From NCBI RefSeq assembly GCF_009914755.1, contig NC_060932.1: a DNA stretch of 64,000 nucleotides; one strand, 5' to 3'. The notes beneath the pieces were generated by a model. That model did not search any database. It saw only the letters and a list, made by a program, of their open reading frames with translations, and was not told the origin of the DNA. This document shows positions 33,322 to 64,000 of the stretch, piece by piece. The DNA is from the human T2T-CHM13v2.0 reference genome, Homo sapiens. How positions within the stretch are numbered: the first letter of the stretch is position 1; each line of letters opens with the position of its first letter. The position numbers were made by a program, and so were the translations under genes.

Positions 33322-34125
33322 TCAACAAAACAAAGTTGGTTCTTTGAAGAGGCTAACAAAATTGACTCACCTTTACCTATAAAGCTAAAAATGATTAAGC
33401 TATATTAAGAAAAAGAAAAAACAAATAACTATCAGAAATGAACACAGGGACACTACCACTAACCTTACCGAAATAAATGCCAGTGCATTAGATAAACTGG
33501 ATGAAATGGACAAATTCCTAGAAACACACAAATTACCAAAACTGACTCAAGAAAAAATAGAAAATGTGAACAGATCTATAACAAGCAGTGATTGAATCAG
33601 CGATGAAAAACCTCCAACGAAGACAAAACTAGCACCACATGCCTTCACTGTTGAATTCCACAAAACCTTTAAATAATTAATACCAAATCTTTCTCAAACT
33701 CTTCCAGTAAATATCAGAGGAAGGAAAACTTTCTAACCCATTTTATGAAGCCAACACTACCCTGATAACAAGGTCAGACAAAGGCACCACAAGAAAACTA
33801 GAGATTAATATCTCCTCTTGATGCAAAAATCCTCGATGAAATATTAGCAAACTAAAACCAACAATTATAAAGGATTATTCACCATGGCCAGGTAGAATTC
33901 ATCCCAGCAAAGAAAGTGTGGTTCAATATACAAATATAAATCGATATAATACATGACATTTATAGACTAAAGGAGAAAAACCACAGGTTCATTTTGATGC
34001 CAAAAAAAAAAAAAAAACCACTTGGGAAAATTCACCATTTCATAATAAAAACACTTACCAAACTTAGAAGGAACTTCTTCAACATGATAAAGGGCATTTA
34101 TGAAAACCCACAGCTGGCCGGGCAC

Positions 34126-34410
34126 AGTGGCTCACACCTGTAATCCCAGCACTTTGGGAGGCCGAAGCGGGTGGATCACGAGATTAGGAGATCAGGACCA
34201 TCCTGGCCAACACCATGAAACCCCATCTCTACTAAAAATACAAAAAGTTAGCCCGTGTGGTGGTGCACGCCTGTATCCCAGCTACTCAGGAGGCTGAGGC
34301 AGGAGAATCGCTTGAACCCGGGAGGCGGAGGTTGCAGACCACTGCACTCCAGCCTGGGTGACAGAGCAAGACTCCGTCTCAAAAAAAAAAAAAAAAGAAA
34401 AAAAAGAAAA
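34126..34410 (+). mobile_element. AluS
   Basis: TSD gaaaacccacagct. Confidence 0.9.
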
Positions 34411-35035
34411 GAAAACCCACAGCTAACATCACACTCAATGGTAAGAGATGAAAACTTTCTCCCTAAGACTAGGAACAAGAGAAGGATGCCCACTTTTACC
34501 ACTGCTGCTCAGCATTGTGCTGAATGTTCTAGCCAGAACAATTAGGTAAGAAAAAAGAAAAGGTAGTCAAATTGGAAAAGAAATAAAACTGTCTCTACGC
34601 ACAGAAGACATCATCCTATATACAGAAAATCCGAAATACAAAAAATAAATACTAAAGCTATTAAGTTAATTCAGCAAAGTTGCAGGAGAAAAGACCAACA
34701 CACAAAATAAGCATTTGTATACACTAGCAATGAATAATCTGGAAACAAAGTTAGGAAAAACAATTCCATTTACAACAATATCCAAAAGAACAAAATAGCT
34801 AGGAATACATTTAACCAAGGAAACAAAACATTAGAAATATTTAAAACTACTGAAAATTGCAAACCATTGTTGAAAGAAACTAAACAAGATATAAATAAGT
34901 GGAAATGCATTCTGTGCTCGTGGATTGAAATACAGTATTGTTAAGATGGCAATTACCCAAAGCAATCTGCAGATTCAATGCAATTCCTATCAAAGCCCAA
35001 TGGCCTTTTCACTTTTTGAAAAGCTGATCCTTAAT

Positions 35036-35100
35036 TTCTTTTTTTGAGACACTGTCTCAAAAATAAGTGTGTCGCCCAGGCTGGAGTGCAGTGGCATGAT
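35036..35100 (-). mobile_element. Short 5'-truncated Alu with rearranged end
   Basis: gtcgcccaggctggagtgcagtggc; TSD gatcc(t/c)taa(t/a)ttctt. Confidence 0.8.
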
Positions 35101-35207
35101 CCCTAAATTCTTTACTTTCATAAAATATTCAAAAGCAACTTCATGCAACTCCAGAGCTGTATTTTCATTTTAATACAGACAACATTCTGAAGCTCAAAGA
35201 GTTTTTG

Positions 35208-35514
<307 letters not shown>

Positions 35515-35563
35515 TTACTGGTCATTAGTTAATAAACGGTGCTTTAAAAATTCTCGTCAGTGA

Positions 35564-35863
<300 letters not shown>

Positions 35864-36366
35864 AATAATTTATATTTCTTATAGTTTTTAAAAGTTGAAT
35901 TCTTTACTAAATTATTCCTATGGCTTTGTTCTGTTGACTATCATGTGCCAGACTATTAGGTGTTGACAAGATAGTGATTAGGACACAGTACTTGTCCTAA
36001 AGGAGTTTATTATATACTTGGGTTTTTAGTCTGACAAACTACTAAAATAAATATTCATAAGCATGGGATCATTCAAGTCTTCATTAAGCTTAAATCGGAA
36101 ACTTCCTGGGTTATTTTGGGGTTGAAGAACAAATGTTTCATATACAACCTGAATATCAAAATCTGTTTATAATGTAAATATTACCATTCATATCATTCAT
36201 ATTTCCTTGTAATTGTAATCAGTGTTAAGTGTTTTTTGTTTGGTTTCCAAATCAAATATTCTTATTCAGCAAGAATCACAAGTTAAAGTTTGAGCCCCAG
36301 TGATGATTCAGATGTGCAGTTCCTTCGTTGTGTAATGACCATTTAACATCTAGTGTAACTTTATGA

Positions 36367-36787
<421 letters not shown>

Positions 36788-37104
36788 TGTAACAATCAAC
36801 TTCTATTGATATGAAAAGTAGTCATTAAAAAAACAGGGTTTCCCACAATGTAGGTGATCCATTTAATGAATGTAGCCCGAATTATCAGGACTCAAGCAAG
36901 AATTATAGCTAATTAGTTGTTACAGAAAACAATATATTATCAACTTACTCCAAAGTGGGCTTACTTTGGTCATTTTTGTGCAAAAATATTTACTAGATCA
37001 TGTGCACCAGATTTTTCACACACACGATTACTTATTTTTCTTTACAGATGAAATTTGGTTCAATAGGTGTCATTTGTTGAGAAGATAAATTTGTTATTTT
37101 TAAA

Positions 37105-37222
37105 AATAGACATGGGATCTCATTATGTTGCCCACGTTGGTCTTTAACTCCTGGGCTCAAGGAGTTCAAGCCTTGGCCTCCCAACATGCTTGGATCACAA
37201 GTGTACGCCATTGTGCCTGGCC
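37105..37222 (-). mobile_element. FLAM/AluJ monomer
   Basis: Degenerate left arm. Confidence 0.7.
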
Positions 37223-37349
37223 ATAAATGTTTATTTTAAATGCCATAATGCATTTAACCCGCATTTATCAGAACAAACTAGGCAAGTAATATAATAAACT
37301 ATTTTGTAAGATGAATATTTTGCTCTTGAAACTGCATAAAAGAGATACA

Positions 37350-38417
37350 CACTACTTTTGGAAAAAAACTTTATTAAACACTCAAGAGTATACTTCTCAA
37401 AATCACAGAAGAGCCTCCAAATACAAGTGTTAGAAGGAAAAAAAAAAACAACAAAAAGCTAAAAGCCAATCAGAAACAGTTTGGGTGTGGAGGACTGGCG
37501 GGGGGGGACAGGGACTGCACATGGGAAGGAGCCACTTTTGTATTCCATAATTTCATCTTGTTGTGCTAGAATGCATGCTTTTTTTCCTCCAAATGAGGAA
37601 TTCATTTCAAATAGGAATTTCTTTTATTCTCCTGGAACTGAAATGCTTAGTACTATCCCTAACAACAACCATGGGATTTTTGAAGTTATCCCAAATTCAA
37701 TGCAAAGCACTTTTATGTATCTTCCAGTTGTAGATTGGAATAGCAAAAGTGAATGCTATGACCAAAATTTTTGCCCTCCTAAATAAAGACGTTTCCTTCT
37801 AGAGAGCAAATCTATCATAAAATGTCAAAACTAGAAGAGAATAAAATGAAAGGAAAAAACCTAGAAAAATATCCTAAAATATCAAATGCAGTCATTTCTA
37901 AATATAAGCCATAATTATAGCTTTACCTATTGTTCTTATTGTTCCTATGCTGCTTCTACAATGTTACATCAACTATACTTAGCTTTACTCTCCCAAAATC
38001 TTGGTGATGAAGCCTTCTGAGTGTGCTTTCCAATGTGCCAGAACCAGAAGGGCATTCCAAGGCTTCCCCACATTTCCTCCATTTACGGAGACAGCTGTTT
38101 CACTAACTTGCAGCACTTGTAAATGCTTTGAAAGCTGATCACATATTATATTCTTGACTTAATACTTTGGTAAGCCTGGATATCTATCTTTCTATAAACC
38201 TCACCTAATCTTTGATGTTACTATAACCTTATCTTTGATTTAACCCATACACATTTACTCATCATAATCTTGATTTAAACTCATGCTACGAAACTGTAGC
38301 ACAAAAGACATTTCTCTTTAGTGTTTCAGGAAAATCAGCTCATGGAATGCTGCCAACCAAAGTATAGTAGATTCTTTAAACAATGTAATGCTTTCTATCT
38401 GCAGACTCCCACAGACC
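37350..38417 (-). other. PRKDC: PRKDC 3' UTR (3' end approximate)
   Basis: Unique sequence between the TGA and the AATAAA. Confidence 0.8.
37370..37375 (-). terminator. PRKDC: PRKDC polyadenylation signal AATAAA
   Basis: tttatt on +, ~1.05 kb after the stop; GU/U-rich sequence follows on the minus strand. Confidence 0.8.
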
Positions 38418-63820
<25,403 letters not shown>

Positions 63821-64000
63821 TCAGCAGGTAACAACTGGCCAAACAAAAATGCAAGCCCAGCGCGGGCCAGATGGTGCACAAGCAACACAGAGCTGGGTCT
63901 GGTCAGTGGAGTGCGTGGCTGTCGGGAATATAAGAGGGAGATGGAAGTCGGCTCCTGCACTCAGTGTCCTGCACAGATGCTAGTAGCATCATGGAAGGAG

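Overview
Human (hominid) genomic DNA from the CEBPD-PRKDC locus, recognised from protein sequence as chr8q11. The left end holds the complete intronless CEBPD gene on the minus strand (CDS 1028-1837, 269 aa bZIP) inside a CpG island, with TATA-like, CRE, Sp1 and STAT elements. The right part holds the last 15 exons of PRKDC (DNA-PKcs; end of FAT, kinase and FATC domains) on the minus strand; I mapped these by hand to GT/AG boundaries and they join in frame to the ...WEPWM stop at 38418. The ~35 kb between the genes is mostly retroelements: an old L1M with nested insertions, two convergent L1PA copies that both lack 3' ends, many Alus, a MER11 solo LTR, and a ~1 kb GT-rich repeat inside an orphan CpG-rich region. 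I see no new gene system. The best leads are a U1-mimicking hairpin over the donor of the 93-nt in-frame kinase exon, a 67-nt intron, and the collapsed inverted L1PA pair. Repeat boundaries and subfamily calls are by eye and approximate.
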